DNA of 64,000 nucleotides from an uncultured bacterium (GTDB lineage Bacteria; Krumholzibacteriota; Krumholzibacteriia; JACNKJ01): NCBI GenBank assembly GCA_963695095.1, contig CAVOFT010000001.1, positions 672,001 to 736,000 of the forward strand, read 5' to 3'. Shown piece by piece: positions 60,190 to 64,000 of this stretch (position 1 is its first letter; each line of letters starts with the position of its first letter). The notes under the pieces were generated by a model. It saw only the letters and a program-made list of their open reading frames with translations, ran no database searches and was not told where the DNA came from. The position numbers and the translations under genes were made by a program.

Positions 60190-61070
60190 CTAGTCGATCC
60201 GGCGCACGGGCGCGTAGCCCTTGTCGAGGATGATGCACTGGCCGGCGTCGCTGAGGATCCAGTCGAGGTACTCCTTGACGGCCCCCGTCGGCTGCCCCGC
60301 GCGTGTACATGAACAGCGGCCGGGCGATCGGGTAGACTGCCGTCGACGGCGCGGTCTCGACGGTGGGCGCGACGGCGGGCTGGCCCTCCGTCCGCGGCGA
60401 CCGCGCAGCATCTTCACCTCGTGCGGTCGCGTAGGCGAGGCCGCTGTAGCCGATGGCGCACGGCGTGTTGCGCGACCAGGTCGACGACGTCCTTGGAGCC
60501 GTGCATGTCGCGCGAGCCGAGCTTGTACTCGCGCGCCTTGCCGAGCACGGCTTCCTTGAAGTAGACGTAGGTGCCGCGAGTTGTTCTGGCGGCTGACGCG
60601 GACGATCTCGTCGTCCTGGCGCAGCCGGGCACCTGCGACCCCGAGCTGCGCCCAGTTCTCGACCGTGCCGCCCTCGCCGTAGATCTCGGCGAGCTGGGCC
60701 AGGGTCAGCGAGTCCGATCGGGTTGTCGCGGTGCACGAAGACCGCCAGGGCGTCGTAGCCGACGATGAACTCGACGGGCTCGACGCCGTTGGCCCGCGCC
60801 AGCTCGATCTCCTTGTCCTTCATCTCGCGGCTGGCGTTGGCGATGTCGACGGTGCCGTTGATGAGGGCCGAGATGCCCGTCCCCGAGCCGCCGCCGGTGA
60901 CGGCGACGGCCACGGCCGGGTTCTCCGTCCTTGTAGGCCTCGGCCCAGGCCTGGGCCACGTTGACGAGGGTGTCCGAGCCCTTGTTCTGGATGAGCTGAC
61001 GAGAGCCGGAGTCGCCGCGCCCGCAGCCGAGCATGGCGAGCAGGCAGAGCGGGAGGATCCAGGTCCGCAT
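60190..61070 (-). CDS. pstS: Phosphate ABC transporter substrate-binding lipoprotein (indels)
   Basis: Lipobox MLGC; KGSDT, GGGSGTG, DIANASR, SRQNNSGTY, AIGYSG, YPIARPLF. Confidence 0.9.
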
Positions 61071-61104
61071 ACTGATCTCCTTGGTGGGGGGGTCAGGCGG
61101 TGCC

Positions 61105-61137
61105 ATGTGACCGTCGCATGAAGATGGCGTGAAGATG
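61105..61137 (-). promoter_or_regulatory. Pho-box-like triple 11-bp direct repeat
   Basis: Minus strand CATCTTCACGC CATCTTCATGC GACGGTCACAT, 35 bp upstream of pstS. Confidence 0.55.
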
Positions 61138-61390
61138 CCCTCCGTATACCGGACCCGGCGCTCGAAATCAAGGGGAGGCTCGGGAATCCGGGCAACTAGA
61201 GCACGCGCAACGAGCGGTGCAGGGGCAGCAGCGCCTTGAAGTGCCCGTGCACCAGTCCGACCAGCTCCGGGCCCTGCAGCGCGGCCGGCAGGCCCAGGCT
61301 GAGCCCCGCGTAGAGGCCCTTGTATTTCAGCAGTTCGGCGCGGGGATGCGCCGGGATCGAAGCCGCGGGGCAGGCGCTGGGCCGTCCACG

Positions 61391-61903
61391 CTAGGCACCG
61401 GGCCAGCGCTCGCGGTGCACGCGCGATGCGTCGAAGCGGGTGCGCGGCGGCTTGGTCTCCGCCGGATGGCCGATGGCCACCAGGCTCAGGATCTCGATGT
61501 CGGCGGGGATCGCGAGCAGCTCGCGCACGAAGCCCTTGCGCTCCTCGCGGGGGTGCATGCCGATCCAGCAGGCGCCGAGGCCGAGGGCCGTGGCGGCGAG
61601 CAGCAGGTTCTCGGTGGCGGCGGCGCAATCCACCACCCAGTAGTCGCCGTTCACGGCCGGGTCGCCGAGCACGGCGACGGCGAGCGTGGCCTCCGCCAGC
61701 ATCTTGCCGAAGGGGTGGCGGGCGGCGAGGGCGTCCAGAGTGGCCCGCTCGCGTACGACGATGAAGTGCCAGGGGCGCAAATCCTTGGCCGAGGGGGCTG
61801 CCATGGCGGCTTCGAGCAGGCTGCGCTCGTCCGCCTCGCTCACGGGCTCGGCCGTGAAGCGGCGGATGCTGCGGCGGGCGAAGAGCAGATCCAGTGCGGA
61901 CAT
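61391..61903 (-). CDS. Nitroreductase family protein
   Basis: RRSIRRF, AAPSA..RPWHFIVV, ENLLLAATALGLGACWIG. Confidence 0.92.
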   Translation of the reverse strand: MSALDLLFARRSIRRFTAEPVSEADERSLLEAAMAAPSAKDLRPWHFIVVRERATLDALAARHPFGKMLAEATLAVAVLGDPAVNGDYWVVDCAAATENLLLAATALGLGACWIGMHPREERKGFVRELLAIPADIEILSLVAIGHPAETKPPRTRFDASRVHRERWPGA

Positions 61904-61954
61904 GGTGGGCCTCCCGAGAAGTGCGCGCGTACCGGCCGCTGCTGGCAGCTGCGC

Positions 61955-64000
<2,046 letters not shown>

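Overview
High-GC bacterial chromosomal window. The secreted proteins (FlgD-Ig/T9SS-like tails, 'SWGxIKALY'-type tails, a gingipain-like C25 protease) suggest an FCB-group lineage such as Krumholzibacteriota/Latescibacterota; this is inference. Housekeeping blocks: priA, rho-rpmE-DUF1385-prfA-prmC, murA-selB, ion transporters, lutABC, pstS-phoU-pstCAB-pstB and proS. These are interleaved with accessory secreted-protein genes and one IS256. Many genes, including essential proS, carry single-base indels clustered at about 22.4-23.8 kb, 47-52 kb and 55.6-63.9 kb. These look like long-read consensus errors, so those coordinates are approximate. Main leads: (1) an in-frame Rrf2(IscR-like)-IscS fusion with its own promoter and palindromic operator, heading iscA and a Zn/Cd-type P1B ATPase; (2) a CDC-like pore-forming lipoprotein directly downstream of a C25 protease; (3) three unrelated secreted proteins sharing a short C-terminal 'S[W/I/L][G/S]x[I/V]K[A/S]LY' tail that swaps with the FlgD-type tail; (4) a Pst system whose two PstB subunits are complementarily degenerate (one dead ATP site), plus a PhoU fused to a pseudo-LMW-phosphatase; (5) an orphan MoaD-like ubiquitin-like protein paired with a BNR beta-propeller; (6) a Cys-less thiolase/DUF35 pair; (7) an LDH scaffold carrying the MDH-type Arg102. 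No CRISPR array, tRNA or rRNA was seen.
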